A stretch of 64,000 bases of DNA, from assembly GCA_048013815.1 (NCBI GenBank), contig CM106585.1:8122001-8186000 (forward strand), given 5' to 3'. A program made the position numbers and the translations under genes. Positions 47,001 through 54,307 of the stretch are shown in pieces. Each line of letters begins with the position of its first letter. Positions within the stretch are counted from its first letter, which is position 1. This DNA is from Setoptus koraiensis (taxonomy: Eukaryota > Animalia > Arthropoda). Below the pieces are notes generated by a model that was given only the letters and a program-made list of their open reading frames with translations, searched no databases and had not been told where the DNA came from.

Positions 47001-49548
47001 TTATGGAAAATGCACTCTCACTTTTGATGATACGACTTGTATCTGGATCATAAAATCTGGATATTGAATCATCTCTCGATAGTCTTTTAGTATTATCGAT
47101 AATTGTTCTTGAAAGTCTTGACTGTTGGTAGTCAGTCGGATTCTGTCTTGGAGTGTAACGCTGCGGTAGATCGTGCAAAAGATTTCCTGACGCGTTGAAT
47201 TCCCTCAATAGAGGAGCTGTCCACAAGGTCCATGGTAGTTGCCGAATCTGGTTCGAAGATACATCCAAATCGGAGAGTTTTGGTAACTGAAACAAACACA
47301 ATGGTAGTGATGTTAGTCTATTGTCGTGTAGATCCAATAATTCTAAACATGGCAAATCCCAGGTGTAGGTGCTAGTAGAGGGAAGCGAATTGGCACTTAA
47401 AGTTGATGTCAAGCTTTTAGAACGTTTCATTGCTAAAGATTTAGCGTTATCATTTTGATTTTCATCAGCTTCTTCATTGATATTTAATAGATTAAATTCA
47501 ACTGGTAGAATTTCCAATTTGTTTTGTGATAGGTTAAGTTCTCTGAGAGATGGCAGTTGAAATATCAAAGGATTTATAGATTTTAAATTATTTCCAGATA
47601 GGTCCAACCTTGTTATGGCAGCAATGGAAACATTCTGGTGATTCAAGCTCAATTTCTTGTTATGTGACAAAGCCGCGTCAATCAACCATTGCGAGTCAAT
47701 ATGTCTTAAAAATTTCAGACCATGCCAATCGATCATCACCGGACTAGTCGGAAACATTGAGCTGAAAGTGGTGACAGTGCTGGAGGGTTTACCTGAATGT
47801 GTCGTCTTGTGAAACTCAATGTTACTCCTTCTATTTATCTTATATTCAGGATCCACATAGGCCCCTAATGCAAGCAGCTTAGATAATAACAGTGTGTCAT
47901 CATCTGATGCTGCTGTTTGTAAGGCTAGATTGTCGTCGTCACGAGCACCATACTTGATAAGTAGCTCAACCATTTTCACATCATGGCGACGGCAAGCCTC
48001 CCTCAGACAAGTCGATTTTGCAGACTTAAACCAATTGAGACCGACATCCGATTTTTTTGAACGATTTGGAGGCGCAGATTCATTCAGATTTGGCCCATCA
48101 CCTTTGATATTCTCTTTTGACAAAATAGGTAGATTTGGATTCGCACCGTTCACAAGTAATGTGGAAGCTATAGAGTAGTATTGTTTGCAAACAGCAACAT
48201 GGAGGGCAGATTCGGAATTGTAATTGCAATAAGTGTCGATTTCAAATGGGCATATAAGACAAGTACTCCTGTTAGTATCCTTGCTATTTGTATTTGATTT
48301 CTCATTATCATCAAGTTTGTGCAGACGCCTAATAATTTTGTCCAGTTGCTTGTTGGGCACGAACTGGTTTCTATCATCATTGGCAACTCCATTATTTTGA
48401 ACAATTCTAACATGTCGTAATTTGTTTTGAGAACTAAACTCTTTCACATGATCTTTGGATGTATTATGACTAGTGATCTTTGAATTAGATTGATTTTGCA
48501 ATCTTAATTTAGCTGGTAGACGAAATTGCAGTAGAGTATCTAACATCTTTTGGTTGTTCTTTAAAGCTGCCAAATATATCACAGTTTGTCCCGCCTCATC
48601 TTGCGCGTTTAAGTCAAATGCAAATCTGTATTCGTAGAGGCTAGACCTACTGACAAAGATATTCTTTAGTTTCTCAGGGTATGTATAGTTTAGCAGGAGT
48701 TTAATAGCCTCACAATGGTTTTTGATGCAAGCTATATGAATTGGCATCCATTTTTCAATCGTTGTCTGTTGCACATGAGTAGGAAAATTGTCTATCAATA
48801 ATTGCATTGTTTCAGTAAATCCACCAAAGGTTGCAACATACAAGGGTGAGTAGTTGGTTGTTGGTATGCATTTGGCTGTTGCACCCAATTCTATTAATAG
48901 TTTACATAGTTGCGTATGGCCTAGAGAGGCAGCTTTAAATAATAGAGTTACAGTGTTATTGGGTGCCCAGTTGATTAGATCCTTGATACATGCATCAGCA
49001 ATTATCGGCGCCTCCGATGATTTCGGTTCTTTCTCTAAGAAACTTTTTTTATGATCATCTAAAATTTTCTTGAACTTTGTAAGTTCATTTTTGCTACAAG
49101 CCTCGTCAAGTAGTGAGTACAAGTTTCTTCTACAATCGTAAATTTCCTTTTGTTTCGCTCTTATTAATGTTAAGATTGTCTGGTTATCACAAAATTGAGC
49201 TATTTCCTCTGGCGAAAGATTTCTATCATCACGTATGTTGAGATTGACCTGTGACTGCTCTAAAATCATCTTGACTAGGTCGTAATTGCCCAATTCGGTG
49301 GCCAAATGCATGGGAGTTCTGGCTTTCATTGTATCAAATATATTTGGATTAGCGCCATGCTTAAGTAATATTCCAACACACATGAGATCATTTCTTGCAA
49401 CTGCCAGATGGAGTAGTGTATTTCCATCCCCATCGAATGAATCAATCAACTGTTTGCCATCTCCGCAAAGAAGATCGTCCAAGAGGGATTCATTTTGATG
49501 TTGCACCGCACTGAATAATAAGCTGCCTATCTCTGATTCATCCATCAT
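41095..49548 (-). CDS. Lrrk: Leucine-rich repeat kinase (ROCO family, invertebrate Lrrk/LRK-1 type): ANK-LRR-ROC-COR-kinase-WD40, single exon
   Basis: 2817-aa ORF with ankyrin repeats (GNTLLHLAV, RTPMHLA, SALHVAV), LRRs (LDLSGNNL, LNLSQNKL, LDLHDNRL), ROC (LVGIQGIGKT, STVGVDI, WDFGGQ, IVGTH), COR (FLHENGILLHY, DPQWLCD) and kinase (GRGAYG, IYRDLKSENVL, KLADYGIS, GFLAPE), followed by a beta-rich C-terminus. Confidence 0.97.
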   Translation of the reverse strand: MMDESEIGSLLFSAVQHQNESLLDDLLCGDGKQLIDSFDGDGNTLLHLAVARNDLMCVGILLKHGANPNIFDTMKARTPMHLATELGNYDLVKMILEQSQVNLNIRDDRNLSPEEIAQFCDNQTILTLIRAKQKEIYDCRRNLYSLLDEACSKNELTKFKKILDDHKKSFLEKEPKSSEAPIIADACIKDLINWAPNNTVTLLFKAASLGHTQLCKLLIELGATAKCIPTTNYSPLYVATFGGFTETMQLLIDNFPTHVQQTTIEKWMPIHIACIKNHCEAIKLLLNYTYPEKLKNIFVSRSSLYEYRFAFDLNAQDEAGQTVIYLAALKNNQKMLDTLLQFRLPAKLRLQNQSNSKITSHNTSKDHVKEFSSQNKLRHVRIVQNNGVANDDRNQFVPNKQLDKIIRRLHKLDDNEKSNTNSKDTNRSTCLICPFEIDTYCNYNSESALHVAVCKQYYSIASTLLVNGANPNLPILSKENIKGDGPNLNESAPPNRSKKSDVGLNWFKSAKSTCLREACRRHDVKMVELLIKYGARDDDNLALQTAASDDDTLLLSKLLALGAYVDPEYKINRRSNIEFHKTTHSGKPSSTVTTFSSMFPTSPVMIDWHGLKFLRHIDSQWLIDAALSHNKKLSLNHQNVSIAAITRLDLSGNNLKSINPLIFQLPSLRELNLSQNKLEILPVEFNLLNINEEADENQNDNAKSLAMKRSKSLTSTLSANSLPSTSTYTWDLPCLELLDLHDNRLTSLPLCLFQLPKLSDLDVSSNQIRQLPWTLWTAPLLREFNASGNLLHDLPQRYTPRQNPTDYQQSRLSRTIIDNTKRLSRDDSISRFYDPDTSRIIKSESAFSIINSEESKLVTSDVHINHLNHWSTKVDVVSSIIPIGSPTNHNSTDNDISKSTYRHECKLNHINLSFNSFTSIPPVLACVAFELVRLNLSHNRMESLGNIHDYPSSLKNLDLSSNQISSWFAIPADTVDNSFETNCYNNEAYLDFNSSSSPIGKTQFSVLNQSSYLKGYCIHKFHERLENLKSLNLSHNRLKVIAISSSDLVHSNSEQSTKSQQLKESKHNLLFPHLTILDMSFNSLVKITSNISELADLSVLNLSGNPSVCTLPPEMGLLSKLWNLGLHGCNLGHPLKSMIDSKSYKTMDIVGYLRSILEEAKSYARMKLMLVGIQGIGKTSLLEQIRYEGTISNKKRSPPEHWTKRMGHGSIGNMKTPKGVTLSTVGVDIHDWVFCKKVARGQTTFGPVTFSTWDFGGQQEFYATHRYFLSKRSMYLVVWRLTDGESGVDGIQQWLVNIQSRAPGSPVIIVGTHEDLIIGGEQGDRVAELQSQIKQRFINIVDQDKCGFPKIVDSIVVSTKTRLNIRNLCNKIYDTVFSLRCPGSMERLLEQKIPATYLYLEEIVVWLANERRKSRKDPVMFYDEYKTTVVGLMRNKYQKSFRDLEPLSSREINYNSELQQATRFLHENGILLHYEDANLRDLYFLDPQWLCDILSHVVTIREINPYAKNGLMKIDDLNYLFKSVDVNLSGGIQSYIVNLLNKFEVALTWNSRYLLLPSLLPTETDLQNGVSPCEIKLSSRVRGRSAIRRWHPSQKNRSASIDSSKYHQLNQQLSKTIVNVEQQPDRSLYRLIMLRYLPAGFFSRLQSCILSDMGINDIVSSLFMDIPEEMAKDHVISSITSSGSSWTCWQSGLCLHLDCQSLSSTGKVAYLQNNSSNFVLRIRESSFYNNGVNSDTSIWGSGNRARYMIYSNHVQPATTKDATDWCEYDPRQFTSIVEVHLPGWRLAINRQDGGDSATVDYIELNSQCIAKLMSTIVDHIDNLLEDWYPSLGTRFVHTSEGKYLVTRIVPCPQCEYEFRNHEQHQQQPQKIAASSKQTQQIKFNITSMNSGRDDAGIAAMKDNPSEVPGLTSVRMIHCFYVEQCILCAYNMETIQSQATIRQSAMIGSSKKASFRHCLKCPNHGELQLTRIAPDIVFCDVGSQYLIDGESVHRYKLIGRGAYGLVFRGTLHNNNLTTLMSGDKQEESSVHMRSSPEIAMKMLQPIDPGPDADQADMLAYKSSKTNWQREPLQCACKAYCTARQELNILLTLHHPHIVPFVGLSIRPLAVILELAPFGSLEDIFKGYRRAGMRINAFCMQKIILQVARALEYLHQQRVIYRDLKSENVLVWDFPSPFATRSTSSNVNVKLADYGISRLALPTGIKGFGGTIGFLAPEILRHNGDEEYTEKVDCFSFGMFIYELITLHPPFEHHLDSIKGHVIDGGRPSLSPRDLIYPSYLIDLMTVCWSQEPSNRPTASQIVSIASCPEFVQMQDVVALEGKSQSILHGVAMQIMENDDMKLELWLTRQLNKIDILRANQSQWFNYKQLQLNKSFSTIKTKSSSNQSLVTCTCVVEDQLWLCDARMTVHIIDLNQFHQPAHSTHLTSSIQLNSSADIELGMGIVNFNSSDTSRSSMKNNSNKPSLNLIDSFSLDMIKSDIMMSNVQLMHYVKQANSVIMLTNYGQLWICHVSTMNTRRLDDGSVTYLCVTIQEQSSLGTTNTSCELNNSDATRISRNQQHQQQPTGSSFNIWCGHNNAISCLEIVDNEIARQSILPLAGNVPNVDLSGERIVEPSQPTDIRFILAGSGNNLWTAAGCTVHLWSRSDRCVARKLDCWKLVPCSESLDSISIENHHDEARHSRVSSIAKLNNQLYVGTSHGCIMLVEADTLKPITVFRPYEADVTILVPTIRYNNWMDSLSNADSGIESRDGNISGSVTLLDSISNQTNAVKYIVTIGSQYRNVINRYLTSLDTEQQVSNKTGLGCDAAILWSANNWMIE

Positions 49549-50218
49549 GTGATATATTACTTAGTATATAAACATGGTGGGATTAATTACTAAATGCCGT
49601 AATAATATTACGCAATAAATATTGGAGAACGTCCATTTATCTCCTTTTTAGGTCCGATGCGCTGAATGTGTTTCACAGCTCAAGAAGGGGTAAGATGGTC
49701 GTAAAATCGTTTAGAGGCTGGCGTGCTCATTGCAATGATGGAAATTAGTTTCGGATATACCCAAGTGGCGCACTGAAATGTTTATCGCTTTTGAGTATCA
49801 GCGTGATGTTTCACAAGTAAAGGTAACACAGAATAAAATGAAATACTATCGCTTTGCAAAAAATTTGCGCGCGAGTGCCATTTATTTGTATGGTGATCTA
49901 CTGCACTTGTTTGTAGGTGAGTCACCACCTAGTGGTCATTCAAGCAATCTATTGATTATCTGTCTCAACAGCTGAGTGATCCCATGTTTACAATATTCAT
50001 AGCATTGTCAGACCTGCAGTCTGAACTCACATATAAAATGCTTGTATCCTTTCTACATTTTGTTTTGTTTCGACTATTTTCAATATTGATACCATGAACG
50101 AGAAAAGTTCCCTATTCTGAAAGGAGTTGCGTGTTGATTCTGTTATCCAGAGATAGTATCTTTAACGCGAGAGCGACCAATTTAATTGAAGCTAGATTGA
50201 TATACATCAGTTAGATGA

Positions 50219-51004
50219 TCAATTACGCGTCCTAGCACGTACTATAGTTTTTAGTACTTCGGATGGATCGACTCTCTGTTCAGACGGTAAACACTGTCGG
50301 ATCCGTGACCAATAGGATGGGTGCACTTTCTCGGAGCACTCTTCCCGACTAAGCCATTCATAGTCATGCTGTCCCACAATTTTATCTTGATTTGTGAATG
50401 CTTTCAAGAAAAATACCTTGGCCCCTTTGGCATTTATATCCGACGCAATCTTTTTAGGGTAGTTGAAAACGTAGACGCTAGCAGGAACTGTTCCAAGAAA
50501 GCGACACTGTAACATTGCATCCAAACCTATCGACTCTGTGAGTGCTCGCCTGGCTGTATCTATGAGTAGTTCACCATCTTTAATTTGGGCTTGCGGTAAG
50601 AGCCATTGGTTTTTTGTATCAGATCCAAATTTTTGATTGAGAACGAGAATGAGGTCCTTATCTAAACATCTGTTAAAAGATTTCTTATTGTTTTCGTCTT
50701 TAGTCTTATATGGTCCGAATTTGAACAGTGATCTCTCCGCCTTAGACGCGTCCTCAAAGTCTTGGGCTGTTTGTTTGGCTGAAGCCTCGATATCTTCATT
50801 TGAAGGATTCTCTTCCGATGCCATCCGTTGAGCTAGTTCCCTGTCTCTTTGGTGTCTGATCTCATGTTCCGATAAACAGCTATGTGCGTTCTCATAATTT
50901 TCAAACAAGGATTGCACTCTCTTCTCGATTATGTCAATCTCAGGTAGAACAATTGCGGTGCGCCTCAATATGACAGCACTATAGATATGCCAAATGGCAC
51001 TCAT
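50219..51004 (-). CDS. MRPL46: Mitochondrial ribosomal protein mL46, single exon
   Basis: From ATG 51004: WHIYSAVILRR..LSEHEI..SFNRCLDKDLILV..WLLPQ..DTARRAL..KGAKVFFLKA..DYEWL, the mL46 pattern with a degenerate NUDIX-like region. The upstream TTG start in the track is not needed. Confidence 0.88.
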   Translation of the reverse strand: MSAIWHIYSAVILRRTAIVLPEIDIIEKRVQSLFENYENAHSCLSEHEIRHQRDRELAQRMASEENPSNEDIEASAKQTAQDFEDASKAERSLFKFGPYKTKDENNKKSFNRCLDKDLILVLNQKFGSDTKNQWLLPQAQIKDGELLIDTARRALTESIGLDAMLQCRFLGTVPASVYVFNYPKKIASDINAKGAKVFFLKAFTNQDKIVGQHDYEWLSREECSEKVHPSYWSRIRQCLPSEQRVDPSEVLKTIVRARTRN

Positions 51005-51331
51005 TCTAAAGAATCGTCTATTGACTTGAATCACTAATAACAGGCACAAATGATGACAAGATACAATTCACAAATGAGGTATTGATATTGGCTTCAAATC
51101 AAAGCTGAAGACCGAAAATCATTTCCATCTGTAGTGCATCTGAAAGCATGGTTGATAGTGTAATTTTACTATAATAGAAATTGAATTGCGCGCCTCAATT
51201 CATGTTTACAACAATGTGACCGAGAGATATAGTACGTACATAGAGGCCCAAACTTCATAATTCACTGGCAACGTGTAACCGGCCTCATTTTATCACTTTT
51301 ATTTCAATCTTTTATTACTGAAACCCTCATC
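51005..51331. promoter_or_regulatory. Compact bidirectional promoter region between MRPL46 and RFC1
   Basis: Head-to-head ATGs are 327 nt apart. It contains GAATTGCGCGCCTCAATTC (about 51182-51200), a GCGCGC core between inverted GAATTG/CAATTC arms, loosely E2F-like. Confidence 0.55.
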
Positions 51332-53071
51332 ATGTCTACTTGGGTAGATAAATACCGACCAAAACAATCATTCCAGATTGTTGGTCAGGCCAACAATGTT
51401 AAACATCTGAAAGATTGGCTGATCAACTATGATTCGCCCCGAAATAAATTCAAGGCGGTTTTGATGTCCGGACCTCCAGGCATTGGCAAAACAACAACCG
51501 CACAATTGGTATGCAAGGAGGCTGGTTATGATTACATCGAAATGAATGCCTCGGACCAACGTAACAAGAAAGCTATTGAAGAGCAACTATCTTCCATGGT
51601 GAAAAATTCCCGTTTGAATTTTTTCGGAAAAGCATCCGCCTCGAAGAATGCTCTGATCATGGATGAGGTTGACGGTATGGCGGGTAATGAAGATCGTGGA
51701 GGAGTAGCTCAATTGATACAGATAATCAAACAAACAAAACTACCTATTATATGTATTTGTAATGATGCTTCACACCCAAAAGTGAGATCTCTTTCCAACT
51801 ACTGTGACACTATAACCTTCTACAAGCCCAAGAAGGAGCAAGTTCGTGCCGTCGTTATGTCTATTGCCTGCAAGGAGAATATCAAGATCGACCAAGAGAC
51901 TATATATAGCCTTATCGAATCGGCTAATTTTGATATACGACAAGTGGTCAATTATTTATCGTTGTTCAAGCAATCGCAAACATCCAACAGCAACGATATC
52001 AAAACAGTTCGTTTGAGTACTTTCGATGCGACGAAAAAAGGATTTACTCATGGGGAATGTCATAATATCAACGATAGATTTGAAGTGTTCTTTGCGGATT
52101 ACAACATAATGGCTCTTTTTATGTATGAAAATTATGTGCATGTTAAGCCCCAAAAAGCAAGGAGCGAATTGGATTCCTTGAAAGCAGTTAGCAAATCTAT
52201 AGACAGCATGTGTATCGGAGATCTCGTTGACAGAGAGATCAGATCAAATCAATCATGGTCCATGTTACCAACTCAAGCCTTACTATCAACTGTGATACCT
52301 ACTTTTACCATGTCCGGCAAGATTATGTCACGTTTGAACTTCCCTGCCTTCTTAGGAAAATTGTCTAATGCTAACAAACGATTAAGACTTATGCAAGATC
52401 TGAAATCTCATCTAAGTTTAACTATAAGTGGAGGTCGCCATGCGCTCAATCTAGACTATCTTGAAACTCTACGCGAAAGACTCAGTAAACCTTTGGTTGA
52501 TAAGGGTGCACAAGGAGTGGATGATGTTATCGAATTCATGAGGCAGTATTCTCTCAGGAAAGAAGATATGGACAGCATTTTGGAGTTGTCACTTTGGTCT
52601 AATCAGAGAGACACAATGAATTCTGTTGACTCCAAAACAAAAGCAGCGTTAACGCGTACTTATAACAAAGCTGGCATTGTTTTGCCTTATTCCACCGAAG
52701 AGAAAGGAGCCAAGAAGCGTAAATTCGTATCGCTGGATGTTGAGGAAGATGAAGGCGATGAGGAAGACGAGGAGGAAGACAATAACATAATTAAACCTAA
52801 AAAAATTGTCAAAAAGGCCGCCACAAGCACCAAGGCAAAAGCCGAACCCAAGGAATCGAAGGCAAAAGCTGAGCCCAAAGAATCAAAGGCGAAGGCCGAG
52901 CCCAAAGAACCAAAGGCGAAGGCCGAACCCAAGGCAAAAGCGGAACCCAAAGAACCTAAAGCGAAGGCTGAGCCCAAAACAAAGCCAGAAACGAAAGCAA
53001 AGCCAGAAGCGAAAGCAAATGGTCAACAGGGTACTATACTAGGATTTTTCAAGAAACAAAGAATCGAATGA
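51332..53071 (+). CDS. RFC1: Replication factor C large subunit, lacking the N-terminal BRCT region, single exon
   Basis: MSTWVDKYRP (RFC box II), GPPGIGKTT (Walker A), IEMNASDQR, LIMDEVDGMAGNEDRGG (Walker B), PIICICND, and the RFC1 C-terminal domain FPAFLGKLS..KRLR..LDYL..TKAALTRTYNK. Confidence 0.95.
   Translation: MSTWVDKYRPKQSFQIVGQANNVKHLKDWLINYDSPRNKFKAVLMSGPPGIGKTTTAQLVCKEAGYDYIEMNASDQRNKKAIEEQLSSMVKNSRLNFFGKASASKNALIMDEVDGMAGNEDRGGVAQLIQIIKQTKLPIICICNDASHPKVRSLSNYCDTITFYKPKKEQVRAVVMSIACKENIKIDQETIYSLIESANFDIRQVVNYLSLFKQSQTSNSNDIKTVRLSTFDATKKGFTHGECHNINDRFEVFFADYNIMALFMYENYVHVKPQKARSELDSLKAVSKSIDSMCIGDLVDREIRSNQSWSMLPTQALLSTVIPTFTMSGKIMSRLNFPAFLGKLSNANKRLRLMQDLKSHLSLTISGGRHALNLDYLETLRERLSKPLVDKGAQGVDDVIEFMRQYSLRKEDMDSILELSLWSNQRDTMNSVDSKTKAALTRTYNKAGIVLPYSTEEKGAKKRKFVSLDVEEDEGDEEDEEEDNNIIKPKKIVKKAATSTKAKAEPKESKAKAEPKESKAKAEPKEPKAKAEPKAKAEPKEPKAKAEPKTKPETKAKPEAKANGQQGTILGFFKKQRIE
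52832..52978 (+). repeat. Coding repeat: six AKAEPK(ES/EP) units in the RFC1 tail
   Basis: KAKAEPKES KAKAEPKES KAKAEPKEP KAKAEPK AKAEPKEP KAKAEPK, with synonymous codon differences between copies. Confidence 0.9.
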
Positions 53072-53130
53072 TGAAATGATCTAATGTTGATCGAAATTGA
53101 TGTTGTTGTACTGTGTTCCTGTATTTTTTT

Positions 53131-53136
53131 AATAAA
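53131..53136 (+). terminator. Probable polyadenylation signal of RFC1
   Basis: AATAAA about 60 nt after the RFC1 stop codon. Confidence 0.55.
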
Positions 53137-54307
53137 ACCATAGGTCATGTTGCATTTCGCTAAATCAGTGTGAGTGTTTGGTTGATAGATATGATGACAT
53201 AAAATCGCCCTCGGCCAGCTTATATTCGGCCGACCTACTCTATCTTTTGTCTAGGTGCAACAGCATAGGCAGCTTATCCGTGTTGTTGCTCGTTTCGCGA
53301 AACACCGCTAATATGATCAGTATCAGCTGTAAAATACTACTACCATCACTATACCATATGTACATTTGAACAAACCTAGCTGATGGCCAGAGAGCTAGCC
53401 AGAGACTCTGGCTAGAGAATGAGAGAGTGAGTCAGTCATCAAGTCAATGAACGGTGGCGCAAGTTTTAACGGTCTTCAACTTACTGTGAGCCAGCAAGCT
53501 TCGCATACACAGATAGGGAGGGGGAGGGCACTACAGGTATCGATCGTGGTGAAGCAACTACTGAAGCTAGCTTGCTAACTTGAGCCACTGGCTCTGAATC
53601 AACATGACTACATGTTGATGTTAGTTGCGGGAACGAAGCCGCTTCTCTTCTCTTGCTTGCTGCTGCTGCTGCCATGGTAAGACAAATTTTGGATTAGTAA
53701 GTGGTATGAAGAAAGAATAAACATGATGCTGCTTACTCTTGTAGTTGCGTGTATGTGTGTTCGTTAGAGAAGATTCCTTTAGTTATAACTGGCAGTAAGT
53801 GTTTGAACTTTTGCTTTTATTCTTTTTATCCGCTAAGTCATCGGCGGCGATAAATGAGACGACGAGAAAAAACAACATTCGTTTGCTAGCCTTCACAATA
53901 AGCACCAACCAAATATTCATACATGCATCAGACAAGCAGTCGGCAACAGCAACAAAGTTTTCTCCATCACATCATCGCGATCGCCATATACCATGAATAA
54001 CTGACATCAAACTAACATGCACTTCTTCGCTCGCTGAGGTCATCTCCTCTGTCCACATTGCATACTGGCATAATATTGACATCCAATCAGATACAGAGCA
54101 CCATCCTATTTGATTATCATCATTTATAAGTTCTGGCGAGAGAAAAGAATTTCGAGGGAAAAATCCAACATTCGCCGAACACAACTTAATAACATCAATC
54201 AATTTATATATGAGAGTGGCGAAAAATAACCAGAAAAAAAGCAAGCAGCAAAACCAATCAAGCTCAGCACACTCATTGTCTTCGCACATCATTTGTCTCG
54301 TCTTTGT

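Noticed and set aside
51332-53071. Horizontal transfer of an archaeal RFC-L
   Set aside because: The core sequence carries eukaryotic RFC1 signatures (MAGNEDRGG, PIICICND, RFC1 C-terminal domain); only the tail layout is archaeal-like.
53481-53675. 64-aa minus-strand ORF ending at a GTAAGT donor-like site
   Set aside because: No homologous motif, little room before the convergent RFC1 3' end, and an equally good donor on the opposite strand.
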